DNA of 64,000 bases from Ruminococcaceae bacterium UBA7217 (GCA_002490425.1 DKTZ01000035.1:12024-76023), one strand, 5' to 3'; numbered from the stretch's first letter, positions 29,283-39,773 are shown. Made by a program: numbers and translations. Notes: generated by a model not told the origin, from the sequence alone.

Positions 29283-30522
29283 AAATGTCATAATATTTTT
29301 TCATTTTGCGTTTGTGAAGGGCAGCAATTATAACAACTACCGCAATTAACGTTATGCAAATAAAGAACGCAGTATATACCCATTCCGACTCATTACCGCC
29401 TTTAACCTTCATCCAAAGGGTGTTCATATACTGTAAAGTATCATTGGGAAGATTGTGAAATACCTGCGAATGAGTAATATCGCCGTCGTCAGGATAAACG
29501 GCTTTTGAATCGATAAGTGAATATTCACTGTTTTCCATAACTGCCTTATTAGGTGTGGCGTAATAAATATACTCTGCATTTGCAAGGGCAATTTCAGGCT
29601 CCATCATAAAGTTAATAAATGCCTCTGCGCCCTTTTTATTTTGTGCGCTTGCAGGAATACAGAATGCGTCGTAAAACGAGTTTACGCCCTCTTTCGGGAA
29701 AACGTAATCCAAATCCGGATTATTTTCAACCATTACCTCATAGTCGCCTGCATAATATGCCGCAAAATAATAATCGCCGCTTTCCATTTTAACGAAAACC
29801 TCATCCATAACGTAAGATGGCTGAACCTTTTCACGCTGTTCCTTTAAAAGCTCTGCCGCCGCATCCCAATCGGCTGTGTTTGTGCTGTTAAGATCCTGCC
29901 CAAGCATAAACTGAGCTATCGCAAAGGAGTCACGGGGGTTATTAAACATCAGCACCTTGCCCTTGTACTGCTCATCCCAAAGAACGCTCCAGCTGTCGGG
30001 CTTTTCTTTAACATATTTCGTGTTGTAAATAAGAACAGTAGTTCCGATGTTATAAATTACGGCGTAATCTTTAATTTTCTCACCGTTTACGGTGTCTTCA
30101 AGCAAATAGCCGTACCTTTCACTGTCAAAAAACTTTTCGTAATTGGGGATATTGTTAAAGTCAATTTTTTGAAGCGCACCCTCTGACATCAGCTTTTCAA
30201 CAGTATAATCCGACGGAACAACAATGTCATAGCTGACTCCGCCGCCCGAAAGCTTGGAATACATATTTTCATTCGATTCAAAGGTGGTGTAATTTACAGA
30301 GCAACCTGTTAAATGCTCAAACTCTTTAATTACATCAATATCTTCATCGGAAATGTATTCGCCCCAGTTATAGACATTAAGCTTTGTGCCCTGAAGCCCT
30401 AAATTTTTATAATAATTTACCGTTTCTTCCGAAAACTCAATATAATCGTAAGCAAAGGCAGGAAAAATGCAAGCGGACATTAAAATCACAAAAATAAGAA
30501 GGAAAGCAAAAAACTTTTTCAT
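29281..30522 (-). CDS. potD: spermidine/putrescine ABC transporter substrate-binding protein with an extra C-terminal TM anchor
   Basis: PotD-like SBP (LNVYNWGEYI..., PKEG). It is the last gene of the potABCD order. The C-terminus is WVYTAFFICITLIAVVVIIAALHKRKMKK. Confidence 0.8.
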   Translation of the reverse strand: MKKFFAFLLIFVILMSACIFPAFAYDYIEFSEETVNYYKNLGLQGTKLNVYNWGEYISDEDIDVIKEFEHLTGCSVNYTTFESNENMYSKLSGGGVSYDIVVPSDYTVEKLMSEGALQKIDFNNIPNYEKFFDSERYGYLLEDTVNGEKIKDYAVIYNIGTTVLIYNTKYVKEKPDSWSVLWDEQYKGKVLMFNNPRDSFAIAQFMLGQDLNSTNTADWDAAAELLKEQREKVQPSYVMDEVFVKMESGDYYFAAYYAGDYEVMVENNPDLDYVFPKEGVNSFYDAFCIPASAQNKKGAEAFINFMMEPEIALANAEYIYYATPNKAVMENSEYSLIDSKAVYPDDGDITHSQVFHNLPNDTLQYMNTLWMKVKGGNESEWVYTAFFICITLIAVVVIIAALHKRKMKKYYDI

Positions 30523-31346
30523 CTGTCTTCCCCCTTTTCTTTTCTCTGCTTTTTGTCCGAATTTGACTGCGCAATGTTCATCAAAATAAGCAAAACAAGA
30601 ATTACAACAAATATAAGCGTAGAAAGTGCGTACATATCGGGCTTTACACGCTTTTTTGTCATTGAGAAAATGTGTATGGGGAGCGTTTGAAAATCTGGTC
30701 CGTTTGTGAAATAGCTTATAATAAAGTCGTCAAGTGAAAGTGTAAACGCCATTATTGCGCCCGAAACAATCCCCGAACGGATTTGGGGCAAAACAACCTT
30801 GAAAAACGCCTTTACGGGGTGACAGCCCAAATCCTGCGCCGCCTCGAAAACACGTGGGTCAGACTGCCTGAGCTTCGGCAAAACGGAAAGAATTACATAG
30901 GGTAACTGAAATGTGATGTGCGCAATTAAAATTGTTGCAAAGCCCAGCACATTCGTCCTGTTCATCAGTACACCTGCAAACACAAACAGAAGCATCATTG
31001 AAATACCCGTTACAATTTCGGGATTCATCATCGGAATGTTTGTTGCAGTCATTACGGACGATTTCAAAAATTTATTTTTCATATTGTAAATTCCGACTGC
31101 CGCCGCCGAGCCTAAAAGCGTTGAAACAACTGAAGAAATCACTGCTAAAACGACAGTATTTTTAAGTGCGTTCATAGTAATGCTGTCATTAAAAAGGTGG
31201 CGGTACCACTGAAGTGAAAAACCATCCATAATATAAGTGCTTTCACTCCCGTTAAAGGAAAACACCGTCATTACAACCATCGGCGCATAAAGGAAAATAA
31301 ACACAAGCGCTATATAAAGCTTTGAAAGAGGTGAAGTCTTTGTCAC
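30519..31346 (-). CDS. potC: spermidine/putrescine ABC transporter permease
   Basis: Six-TM permease with the EAA loop (FEAAQDLG). It overlaps both neighbours by 4 nt. Confidence 0.85.
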   Translation of the reverse strand: MTKTSPLSKLYIALVFIFLYAPMVVMTVFSFNGSESTYIMDGFSLQWYRHLFNDSITMNALKNTVVLAVISSVVSTLLGSAAAVGIYNMKNKFLKSSVMTATNIPMMNPEIVTGISMMLLFVFAGVLMNRTNVLGFATILIAHITFQLPYVILSVLPKLRQSDPRVFEAAQDLGCHPVKAFFKVVLPQIRSGIVSGAIMAFTLSLDDFIISYFTNGPDFQTLPIHIFSMTKKRVKPDMYALSTLIFVVILVLLILMNIAQSNSDKKQRKEKGEDR

Positions 31347-32173
31347 ATCAACACGCTCCCTTCATCCTCACTGTCGGTAAAGTAGCCGAGCACACCGAGG
31401 CAGATTAAAATCATTACCATAAGAAGCAATGAGAGCGCCGCACCGAGATTATAGTTATTGGCAGTTTGGAACTGACCTTCAATAACGTCGCCGATAAGAT
31501 TTATCTGACCGCCGCCGAGCTTTTGAGTAATGTAAAATGTGCTGACGGACGGAACGAAAACCATTGTAATGCCGCTGACAACTCCGGGAACGGAAAGCGG
31601 AATAATTACCTTTCTTATGCAGTGCATTTTACCGCAGCCCAAATCCTGTGCCGCCTCCAAAAGAGAACGGTCCATTTTTGTCATAACGGTGTAAATAGGC
31701 AAAATCATATATGGCAGGAAATTATATACCATACCGAGTATTACAGCGCCCGGAGTGTTAAGCATTGTGACTGGGTCTATTCCGAAAAGTCCCAAAAATG
31801 AGTTTATTACTCCCGATTCTCCTAAAATCGTCATCCAGGAATATGTACGGATAAGAAAGCTCATCCACATCGGTAGCATAACGAGCATTACTGCCGTTCT
31901 TTGAAAAGAAGTTCCCGTATGAGCCAAATAATATGCAAACGGATAAGCGATTAAAAGACAGATAAGCGTAGCGACAGCACCGTACCCTACCGAGAGAATA
32001 AACGTGCTCAAATAGTCGCCTATGCCCTTTACATTATCAAGCGTAAAAGCACCTGTTCTATCGGTAAAAGCATAGTAAATTACCATTATGAGCGGAGCTA
32101 TAATGAAAAGCACCGACCAAAGAATATACGGTGCATTTATAAGCTTTGTAAGAAGTGGAGAACGCTTCATCAC
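31343..32173 (-). CDS. potB: spermidine/putrescine ABC transporter permease
   Basis: Permease with an [12 protein letters not shown] loop. Confidence 0.85.
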   Translation of the reverse strand: MMKRSPLLTKLINAPYILWSVLFIIAPLIMVIYYAFTDRTGAFTLDNVKGIGDYLSTFILSVGYGAVATLICLLIAYPFAYYLAHTGTSFQRTAVMLVMLPMWMSFLIRTYSWMTILGESGVINSFLGLFGIDPVTMLNTPGAVILGMVYNFLPYMILPIYTVMTKMDRSLLEAAQDLGCGKMHCIRKVIIPLSVPGVVSGITMVFVPSVSTFYITQKLGGGQINLIGDVIEGQFQTANNYNLGAALSLLLMVMILICLGVLGYFTDSEDEGSVLM

Positions 32174-33306
32174 TCGCCCTCCTCCTCTGAAGAAACAGTC
32201 GGGTCGGAAAGCTCGTCAAACTCTTCGCTGAATGAACTGTAATCGCCGTAAAGTCCCGAATATTCGGACTTTTTCATTATGTGAATTTCGTCAGGCTTAA
32301 TTGAAATACCTATTATATCTCCGACCTCTGACTTGTCGGTAGTCTGAATCATCCACTTAAAGCCGTTAATATCAACGATTATTTCATAGTGAACGCCTTT
32401 AAAGGTTACAGAAGTAACCTCACCTTTGAGCATACCCTCGCTTTCGGGCACAATGTCAACGTCCTCAGGGCGGACTACAACGTCAACAGGCTCGTTCTGT
32501 TTAAAGCCCTTGTCAACGCACTTAAAGCGCATACCCTCAAATTCAACATTGAAATCCTCACGCATAATTCCGTCAAGAATGTTACTTTCTCCGATAAAAT
32601 CCGCAACGAATGCGTTTTTCGGCTCATTGTAAATATCTGTAGGAGAGCCGATATGCTGAATTTCACCGTTGTTCATAACAACAATGGTGTCCGACATTGA
32701 AAGAGCCTCTTCCTGGTCGTGCGTAACATAAATAAAGGTTATGCCCAGCTTCTGTTGAATGTTTTTAAGCTCAACCTGCATATCCTTGCGAAGCTTTAAG
32801 TCCAGAGCTCCCAAAGGCTCGTCAAGCAAAACAACTCTCGGATTAACCGCAAGCGCACGGGCAATAGCCACTCTTTGCTGCTGACCGCCCGAAAGTGAAT
32901 TGATATTTCTTGAGCCGAAGCCCTTAAGATTTACAAGCTCAAGCATTTCACGAACCTTCGCCTGAATATCCTTTTCTTTCATCTTCTTAAGGCGCAAACC
33001 GAAAGCAATATTTTCATATACATTCAAATACGGAAACAACGCATAACGCTGAAAAATGGTGTTAACCTGCCTTTTGTAAGGCGGAACACCATTGATATTT
33101 TTACCCTCAAAAATCACATCGCCCGAATCGGGATTCAAAAACCCTGCAATTATCCTGAGGGTTGTGGTTTTACCGCACCCGGAAGGACCGAGCAGAGTTA
33201 CAAATTCACCATCGTGAATCTGAAGGCTTATATTATTCAAAATTTTCTGACCGTCAAAGCTGACGCTGATGTTCTGCAAATCAATAATAACAGGATTGTT
33301 TTTCAA
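32170..33306 (-). CDS. potA: spermidine/putrescine ABC transporter ATP-binding protein
   Basis: Walker A (GPSGCGKTT), [15 protein letters not shown], Walker B (LLDEPL) and a C-terminal TOBE-like domain. Confidence 0.9.
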   Translation of the reverse strand: MKNNPVIIDLQNISVSFDGQKILNNISLQIHDGEFVTLLGPSGCGKTTTLRIIAGFLNPDSGDVIFEGKNINGVPPYKRQVNTIFQRYALFPYLNVYENIAFGLRLKKMKEKDIQAKVREMLELVNLKGFGSRNINSLSGGQQQRVAIARALAVNPRVVLLDEPLGALDLKLRKDMQVELKNIQQKLGITFIYVTHDQEEALSMSDTIVVMNNGEIQHIGSPTDIYNEPKNAFVADFIGESNILDGIMREDFNVEFEGMRFKCVDKGFKQNEPVDVVVRPEDVDIVPESEGMLKGEVTSVTFKGVHYEIIVDINGFKWMIQTTDKSEVGDIIGISIKPDEIHIMKKSEYSGLYGDYSSFSEEFDELSDPTVSSEEEGE

Positions 33307-33447
33307 TTAGCAGCCCCTTTCCAACCGATAGATATAGTCGAGCTTCGGGGAAAGCATTCCTATTGCTCCCCAGCCCTATTTGGTATGAGATAAATATAAA
33401 GTAAAAATTCAAAAATGTCAATAATTTCGACAAATTTTTTGAAGAGT

Positions 33448-34236
33448 TTATATGTTAAATTTTCCCAGTATATCACAAAGAATGTCGGGACGTTTTGTCG
33501 TAATATTGTCAGGACGAAGCTTTAACACCTTGTAAAAGCCGCATTTGCTGTTAACAGTCCACAAAGAAACAAGCAGTCCCTCAGCTCTGAAGGCGTTTGC
33601 AAGCTGTTTCGACGCAGTCTTATAATTGATATTTATACCAATTGCACCGCTGTTTTTTACAGTTTCGACAATGTGGGAAATGTAAGCCTCGTCATTGTTT
33701 CCGTTTAATGAAACACTGTAATTAAGATAGTAAGGAATTTGGGGGCAAAGACGCTCTACAGCCGAAACATCTTTTGCAAATATGCCCGTAAAGAAAATTC
33801 GGTCGGAAACTCCGTATTCCTTAGCATATTTCGCAACCGTGCCGAGGTTTGACGTGTCCTTTACATCTACATTAGCTTTTATATTCTTGTGTTCTGCAAG
33901 GAACTTAAAAGCCTCTCTTAAATGCACCGCACCCTCTTCGGGCTCATTATGCGACAAAACAGGTTCTCCGTTTTTATCAAAATTCAAGTCAAATTCGACA
34001 ATGTCCGCCCCTGCCTTAACGCCTTTTTCCATAGCGTCAACAGTATTCGGAGCAGTTCCGAGGCACCCGGTGTGCGCTGTTACGGTAAAGCCTTTGGGCA
34101 TAACGGGAGTATTCTTTTTAAAACATTTTATTTGAATTGTCTTTATCATCTGCGTAATTACTGCAAGCAAAGCCGCAAAAACAATAACAGTCATTATCGC
34201 AACAAAAAGTATATCCACAGTTATATCCCATTTCAA
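33448..34236 (-). CDS. glycerophosphodiester phosphodiesterase family protein, N-terminal TM anchor
   Basis: GDPD-like sequence VTAHTGCLGTAPNTVDAMEKGVKAGADIVEFDLNF... Confidence 0.7.
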   Translation of the reverse strand: MKWDITVDILFVAIMTVIVFAALLAVITQMIKTIQIKCFKKNTPVMPKGFTVTAHTGCLGTAPNTVDAMEKGVKAGADIVEFDLNFDKNGEPVLSHNEPEEGAVHLREAFKFLAEHKNIKANVDVKDTSNLGTVAKYAKEYGVSDRIFFTGIFAKDVSAVERLCPQIPYYLNYSVSLNGNNDEAYISHIVETVKNSGAIGININYKTASKQLANAFRAEGLLVSLWTVNSKCGFYKVLKLRPDNITTKRPDILCDILGKFNI

Positions 34237-34246
34237 ATATTATTGT

Positions 34247-35173
34247 TTATTTGCAGAAAAGGTCGTTGTCATCAGAAAACAGCTCTATTCCCCTGTAAGA
34301 AATTGAAAAATCTACATCAACGGGACTTCCGCCGAATTCTCCGTCCAAAGACCATTCAGTGGGTCTGTCAAAATGTATTTTAAGATTTTTTGTATGCAGG
34401 AACAAAATCTGCTCGCCGTCGTAATTATGCTTTTGAACCTTGCCGAGCAGTTTAAAGCCGTCGGGAATACCCTTTACACCACGTACAAGGAGCAATTCAA
34501 ACATACCGTCATTAAGCTTTACGTCGGAACGGTCAAAGGTAATAAGCCCTGCAACAGATGTTGAGTTTGAAATTGCGCCGAAGCTGAAATCGTCTTCAAT
34601 TATACCGTCGTCATACTCAATTCTTGCGTGAACGGGCTTAAGACCTGCGAAAAGCTTACGCGGATGAAAAACAAACGGGTCAATAAAATATGCAGCTTTA
34701 CCTAAAATGTTTTTCATTTTCTGCGGAGTGGTATATGAAAATGAGCTTCCCACGCCGAAAGAGGCAACATAGCAGAAATGCTTGTCATTAAAATTACCTA
34801 TATCGTAAGTATTTCGCTTGTCTGACATTATAAGCTCAACAGCCGAGCGAATATCCGACGGAATTTTAAGAGTTGAGGCAAGGTCGCAGGTTGAGCCTGT
34901 AGGGATATATCCGATAGGACGTCTTTCGGGAAGCGACATAACGCCGTTTATTGTTTCGTTAAGCGTGCCGTCGCCGCCGCAGCAAAGAATGACATCGTAG
35001 TTTATTCCGTATTCCTTTGCAAATTCAGTAGCGTCTCCTCTTTTGGTTGTGGTTTTTATATCGAAATCGTAGCCGAGGGTTGAAAGAACATCGACAATGT
35101 CAAATGTACCTCTCTGTGACTTAGTACGCCCTGCAGCAGGGTTAATAATAGCAAGTATTTTTTTATTTTCCAA
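34247..35173 (-). CDS. diacylglycerol/lipid kinase (YegS/DagK family)
   Basis: INPAAGR and the CCGGDGTLNE DAGK catalytic-domain motifs. Confidence 0.85.
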   Translation of the reverse strand: MENKKILAIINPAAGRTKSQRGTFDIVDVLSTLGYDFDIKTTTKRGDATEFAKEYGINYDVILCCGGDGTLNETINGVMSLPERRPIGYIPTGSTCDLASTLKIPSDIRSAVELIMSDKRNTYDIGNFNDKHFCYVASFGVGSSFSYTTPQKMKNILGKAAYFIDPFVFHPRKLFAGLKPVHARIEYDDGIIEDDFSFGAISNSTSVAGLITFDRSDVKLNDGMFELLLVRGVKGIPDGFKLLGKVQKHNYDGEQILFLHTKNLKIHFDRPTEWSLDGEFGGSPVDVDFSISYRGIELFSDDNDLFCK

Positions 35174-35287
35174 TATAATATCCTCCTTTTTTTCAAATCA
35201 CGGCAAAGTTATAAATATTCCCGTGATATTTCCTATTTTAACCTTTATCGGAGCATAAATCAAGCACTTTTTTATATCTGCGCTTGC

Positions 35288-35316
35288 TTGATTTCTGTAT
35301 GTGTTTATGATAAAAT
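35288..35316 (+). promoter_or_regulatory. sigmaA-type promoter for the downstream membrane-protein gene
   Basis: TTGATT (35288-35293), 17-nt spacer, TAAAAT (35311-35316). Confidence 0.45.
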
Positions 35317-35344
35317 TTAATTACAGTCTTTCAGGAGATATAAA

Positions 35345-35875
35345 ATGAAAAACCAGAAATTCCAGAAGCTTGCCGACATCATTATTTTCGCAATGCTCGG
35401 CACGATAATGTTTATTTCAAAAATACTTATGGAAGCATTTCCGAACATTCATTTTATCGGAATGCTTACTATGGTTTATACCGTTGTTTACAGGAAAAAG
35501 GCGCTTATTCCTATTTATGTTTATGTTTTTCTCAACGGAATTTATGCCGGATTTTCGCCGTGGTGGATTCCTTACCTTTACCTGTGGGCAATTCTTTGGG
35601 GCGTCACCATGCTTTTACCGAAAAATATGAAAAGAAAAACCGCAGTGCCTGTTTACGCAATTGTTTGCTCTCTGCACGGACTGTTTTTCGGCACACTTTA
35701 CGCCCCTGCGCAAGCGCTTATGTTCCATCTGGATTTCAAAGCAATGATAGCTTGGATAATTGCAGGACTTCCCTTTGACGCGATTCACGCCCTCGGCAAC
35801 CTTGCAGCAGGACTTCTTATAGTTCCTCTTTCTGAGGTTCTTAAAAAAATTCACAGTCCGAAAACGGCAAAGTGA
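35345..35875 (+). CDS. small polytopic membrane protein, ECF-transporter S-component-like (substrate unknown)
   Basis: 176 aa with 5-6 TM segments and an aromatic-rich core (WWIPYLYLWAILWG). There are no adjacent ECF A/T genes. Confidence 0.45.
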   Translation: MKNQKFQKLADIIIFAMLGTIMFISKILMEAFPNIHFIGMLTMVYTVVYRKKALIPIYVYVFLNGIYAGFSPWWIPYLYLWAILWGVTMLLPKNMKRKTAVPVYAIVCSLHGLFFGTLYAPAQALMFHLDFKAMIAWIIAGLPFDAIHALGNLAAGLLIVPLSEVLKKIHSPKTAK

Positions 35876-35963
35876 ATTTTACGCATATTTACCTTTTTAA
35901 CTGATTGATTTTATTCGTCTGAAATACTATAATATTCAGTAACATAATGCTAAATAAACGGCG

Positions 35964-36893
35964 GTGAGAATTTTGAATATTTTACATATTAAATATGCGG
36001 TTGAGGTTGCAAAGGCAGGCTCGCTTAACAAGGCGGCGGAAAAGCTTTTAACTGCCGCACCGAATGTAAGCAGAGCCATAAAAGACCTTGAAGCAGACAT
36101 CGGCATTACAATTTTTGAACGCACAGCAAAAGGAATGGAAGTAACTCCCGACGGCGAGGAATTTATAAGCTATGCCAAAGGAATTTTAAATCAGATTGAA
36201 GAGGTCGAGGCTTTTTACAAAAGCGGCTCGGCAAAAAAGCAGAAATTTTCAATTTCAGTCCCCCGTGCTTGCTATATTTCAGAGGCCTTTGCACAGTTTT
36301 CAAAATCGCTTACTAAAGATTCAGCCGAAATTTTTTATAAAGAAACAAACTCTCAGCGTACAATCCGCAATATACTCGAAAACGGCTACAAGCTCGGAAT
36401 TATAAGATATGCTGAAAATTACGACAGATATTTCAAGGCAATGCTTGAGGAAAAGGGTCTTTGCTATGAGCTTGTTACAGAATTTTCATATTCGCTGATT
36501 ATGAGTGCAGAAAATCCGCTTGCGAAAAAAGAAACGGTAACATTTGACGATTTAACCGATTTCATTGAAATTGCCCACGCTGACCCGTACGTTCCCTCAA
36601 TGCCCCTTTCAAAGGTGGTCAAGGAAGAACTGCCCGACAACATTAACCGCCGCATATTCATTTTTGAGCGTGCAAGCCAATTTGATTTGCTTTCAAACAA
36701 TCCCGAAACCTTTATGTGGGTATCCCCTGCTCCGGAAAAACTGTTAAAGCGCTTCGGACTTGTTCAAAAAAAATGTGTTGATAACAAAAAAATCTATAAA
36801 GATGTGCTGATTTACAAGAACGGGTACAAATTATCCTCTCTTGACAGAGAATTTATTACGGAGCTTTGCAATTCCAAAAGAAAATATATGTAA
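35964..36893 (+). CDS. LysR-family transcriptional regulator
   Basis: N-terminal wHTH (LHIKYAVEVAKAGSLNKAAEKLLTAAPNVSRAIKDLEADIGITIFERTAKGM) and a C-terminal substrate-binding fold. The start is ambiguous between the GTG at 35964 and the TTG at 35973. Confidence 0.85.
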   Translation: MRILNILHIKYAVEVAKAGSLNKAAEKLLTAAPNVSRAIKDLEADIGITIFERTAKGMEVTPDGEEFISYAKGILNQIEEVEAFYKSGSAKKQKFSISVPRACYISEAFAQFSKSLTKDSAEIFYKETNSQRTIRNILENGYKLGIIRYAENYDRYFKAMLEEKGLCYELVTEFSYSLIMSAENPLAKKETVTFDDLTDFIEIAHADPYVPSMPLSKVVKEELPDNINRRIFIFERASQFDLLSNNPETFMWVSPAPEKLLKRFGLVQKKCVDNKKIYKDVLIYKNGYKLSSLDREFITELCNSKRKYM

Positions 36894-36906
36894 TTTTTCT
36901 TTTTTT

Positions 36907-36932
36907 CAGGTATTATATATATTGATAATACC
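36907..36932 (+). terminator. AT-rich 9-bp hairpin after lysR (a terminator, or a LysR T-N11-A-type palindrome)
   Basis: AGGTATTAT-ATATATTG-ATAATACCT followed by a T-rich tract. Confidence 0.35.
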
Positions 36933-36969
36933 TCTTATATATTTTAAGAATTCCTGTAAAGTAAAAACT

Positions 36970-36987
36970 ATGTTAAAATATTAACGA
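36970..36987 (+). promoter_or_regulatory. Rex-like operator upstream of adhE
   Basis: ATGTTAAAATATTAACGA matches the clostridial Rex consensus TTGTTAA-N4-TTAACAA at 12 of 14 specified positions. Confidence 0.5.
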
Positions 36988-37004
36988 AGTCAAAAAGTAA
37001 CAAA

Positions 37005-37033
37005 TTGACTAATATGTAATACTAAATATATAT
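37005..37033 (+). promoter_or_regulatory. possible adhE promoter
   Basis: TTGACT (37005-37010), 16-17 nt spacer, then a TATATA/ATATAT -10 element. Confidence 0.3.
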
Positions 37034-37049
37034 TTTCAGGAGGACTAAA

Positions 37050-39755
37050 ATGGAAGCTGAGAAATACGAAATCATTGACAGCGTTGAAAAGCTTGAAGAA
37101 GCAATAAAACGCACAAGAGAAGCTCAGGCAGAATTTGCAAAATTCACTCAGGAGCAGGTTGACAAAATCTTTCTTGCGGCGGCGTCGGCTGCAAATAAAG
37201 CAAGAATTCCGCTTGCAAAAATGGCTGTTGAAGAAACAGGAATGGGTGTTGTCGAGGACAAGGTAATTAAAAACAACTATGCCGCTGAATACATTTACAA
37301 CGCTTACAAGGACACAAAGACCTGCGGCGTTATTGAAGAGGATAAGGCTTTCGGCATTAAAAAGATTGCTGAGCCTATAGGCGTTATTGCCGCTGTTATC
37401 CCCACAACGAACCCCACATCTACCGCAATTTTCAAGTGCCTTATCGCTCTTAAAACACGCAATGCAATTATTATTTCTCCCCACCCGAGAGCTAAAAAGT
37501 CCACTATTGAGGCGGCAAAAATCGTTCTTGAAGCCGCTGTCAAGGCAGGCGCTCCCGAGGGCATAATCAACTGGATTGACATCCCCTCTCTTGAACTTAC
37601 AAATACCGTTATGAAAGAAGCGGACATTATCCTTGCAACAGGCGGCCCCGGAATGGTTAAAGCGGCTTATTCAAGCGGTAAACCTGCTCTGGGCGTAGGA
37701 GCCGGCAATACTCCCGCAATTATTGACGACAGTGCGGATATTCTTCTTGCAGTTAACTCAATTATTCATTCAAAGACCTTTGACAACGGTATGATTTGCG
37801 CATCTGAGCAGTCAGTCATTGTCCTTAAAGATGTTTATGACGCAGTTAAGGCGGAATTTGCCGCAAGAGGCTGTTATTTCCTCAAAGGTACTGAAATCGA
37901 AAAGGTTAGAAAGACAATCATAATAAACGGTGCGCTTAACGCAAAAATCGTAGGTCAGTCCGCCGCAAGAATTGCAGAGCTTGCAGGGGTAACCGTTCCC
38001 GAGGGCACAAAAATTCTTATCGGCGAGGTTGAAAATGTTGATATAAGCGAAGAATTTGCACACGAAAAGCTCTCACCCGTTCTTGCAATGTATAAAGCCG
38101 CAGACTTTGAGGACGCTCTCTCAAAAGCCGAGCACCTTATCGCTGACGGCGGCTACGGACATACATCTTCCGTTTATCTTAACGAGGTTACCGAGCAGGA
38201 AAAACTCCGTGAGTTTTCGGCGAGAATGAAAACCTGCCGTGTTCTTGTAAACACTCCGTCATCACACGGCGGTATCGGCGACCTTTACAACTTTAAGCTT
38301 GCTCCCTCTCTTACCCTCGGCTGCGGTTCTTGGGGCGGCAACTCGGTTTCGGAAAATGTCGGTGTAAAGCATCTTATTAACATTAAGACTGTTGCAGAAA
38401 GAAGGGAAAATATGCTTTGGTTCCGTGCGCCCGAAAAGGTTTACATTAAAAAGGGATGTCTGCCCGTTGCTCTTGACGAGCTTAGAACTGTAAGAAAAGC
38501 GCAAAAGGCATTTATTGTTACAGACTCATTCCTCTATGAAAACGGATACACTAAGCCGATTACGGACAAATTAGACGAAATCGGCATTGCACATACAACC
38601 TTCTTCAATGTTCAGCCCGACCCGACTCTTAAAAATGCTCAGGACGGCGTTGAGCAAATGAGAGCATTCAAGCCCGACACAATCATTGCTTTGGGCGGCG
38701 GTTCTGCAATGGACGCAGCAAAAATTATGTGGGTTCTTTACGAGCACCCCGAAGCAGACTTTATGGATATGGCAATGCGCTTTATTGATATCCGTAAGCG
38801 TGTTTACACCTTCCCCAAAATGGGCGAAAAAGCTTATTTCATCGCAATTCCCACATCGGCAGGCACAGGCTCAGAGGTTACCCCCTTTGCGGTTATCACC
38901 GATGAGAAAACGGGAGTTAAATACCCCCTTGCAGACTATCAGCTTATGCCCAATATGGCGATTATTGATACTGATTTCCATATGTCCGCACCAAAAGGTC
39001 TTACAGCGGCATCGGGTATTGACGCAGTAACACACGCTCTCGAAGCTTATGCGGCAATGCTTGCAACGGATTACACAGATTCACTTGCTATCGGTGCTCT
39101 TAAGAGTATATTCAAATATCTCCCCCGTGCTTACGACAACGGTCAGAACGATATTGAGGCAAGAGAAAAAATGGCTAACGCCGCAACAATGGCAGGTATG
39201 GCATTTGCAAATGCATTCTTAGGTGTTTGCCACTCAATGGCTCATAAACTCGGTGCATTCCACCACCTGCCCCACGGCGTTGCAAACGCACTTATGATTG
39301 AAGAGGTTCTGAGATTTAATGCGGCGGAAGCTCCCGCAAAAATGGGTACATTCTCACAGTATGACCACCCGCACACACTCGCACGCTATGCTGAAGTTGC
39401 AGACGCTTTAGGTCTCGGCGGAAAAACAGATGAAGAAAAGCTCGAAAATCTTATCAAGGCAATAAACGACCTCAAAGCAAGAGTCGGTATTAAAGAAACT
39501 ATTAAGGATTACGGCGTTGACGAAAAGGTATTCCTTGACAGACTTGACGAAATGACCGAACAGGCATTTGACGACCAGTGCACGGGCGCCAACCCGAGGT
39601 ATCCGCTTATGAGTGAAATTAAGCAGATGTACCTTAACGCTTACTACGGCGGCAGGCATTTCACCGAAAAAGCAATGCCAACAGCTTTAGATATTGAAGA
39701 TGTAGCCGAAACAGATAAAGTTAAAAAGAATTACCGCAAAGGTAAAAAAGCATAA
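37050..39755 (+). CDS. adhE: bifunctional acetaldehyde-CoA/alcohol dehydrogenase
   Basis: 901 aa. The N-terminal half is an ALDH domain (MICASEQS catalytic-Cys region) and the C-terminal half is an Fe-ADH domain (GGGSAMDAAK, the HSMAHKLGAFHHLPHG metal site). Confidence 0.95.
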   Translation: MEAEKYEIIDSVEKLEEAIKRTREAQAEFAKFTQEQVDKIFLAAASAANKARIPLAKMAVEETGMGVVEDKVIKNNYAAEYIYNAYKDTKTCGVIEEDKAFGIKKIAEPIGVIAAVIPTTNPTSTAIFKCLIALKTRNAIIISPHPRAKKSTIEAAKIVLEAAVKAGAPEGIINWIDIPSLELTNTVMKEADIILATGGPGMVKAAYSSGKPALGVGAGNTPAIIDDSADILLAVNSIIHSKTFDNGMICASEQSVIVLKDVYDAVKAEFAARGCYFLKGTEIEKVRKTIIINGALNAKIVGQSAARIAELAGVTVPEGTKILIGEVENVDISEEFAHEKLSPVLAMYKAADFEDALSKAEHLIADGGYGHTSSVYLNEVTEQEKLREFSARMKTCRVLVNTPSSHGGIGDLYNFKLAPSLTLGCGSWGGNSVSENVGVKHLINIKTVAERRENMLWFRAPEKVYIKKGCLPVALDELRTVRKAQKAFIVTDSFLYENGYTKPITDKLDEIGIAHTTFFNVQPDPTLKNAQDGVEQMRAFKPDTIIALGGGSAMDAAKIMWVLYEHPEADFMDMAMRFIDIRKRVYTFPKMGEKAYFIAIPTSAGTGSEVTPFAVITDEKTGVKYPLADYQLMPNMAIIDTDFHMSAPKGLTAASGIDAVTHALEAYAAMLATDYTDSLAIGALKSIFKYLPRAYDNGQNDIEAREKMANAATMAGMAFANAFLGVCHSMAHKLGAFHHLPHGVANALMIEEVLRFNAAEAPAKMGTFSQYDHPHTLARYAEVADALGLGGKTDEEKLENLIKAINDLKARVGIKETIKDYGVDEKVFLDRLDEMTEQAFDDQCTGANPRYPLMSEIKQMYLNAYYGGRHFTEKAMPTALDIEDVAETDKVKKNYRKGKKA

Positions 39756-39773
39756 ATAAGGGAGGGCGACACA

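Noticed and set aside
22950-35173. Scattered envelope and lipid genes (LtaS-like, metallophosphoesterase, CapA-like, GDPD, DagK), considered as one teichoic-acid/DAG-recycling cluster.
   Set aside because: They lie on different strands, are separated by unrelated genes (thiN, ylmH, potABCD) and terminators, and show no operon structure. A functional link is plausible but the arrangement does not support it.
35181-35344. A possible riboswitch in the leader of the ECF-S-component-like gene. Hairpins are ATCACGG...CCGTGAT at about 35187-35216 and AAATCAAGCA...TGCTTGATTT at about 35259-35296.
   Set aside because: A good TTGATT-17-TAAAAT promoter (35288-35316) lies downstream of, or within, these hairpins, leaving only a ~25-nt leader. 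I could find no conserved core of a known riboswitch class (TPP, THF, preQ1, FMN, cobalamin).
39640-39755. A Lys-rich C-terminal tail on AdhE (...DIEDVAETDKVKKNYRKGKKA), giving a total length of 901 aa.
   Set aside because: AdhE lengths of roughly 860-900 aa are normal and C-termini are variable, so nothing suggests a separate domain.
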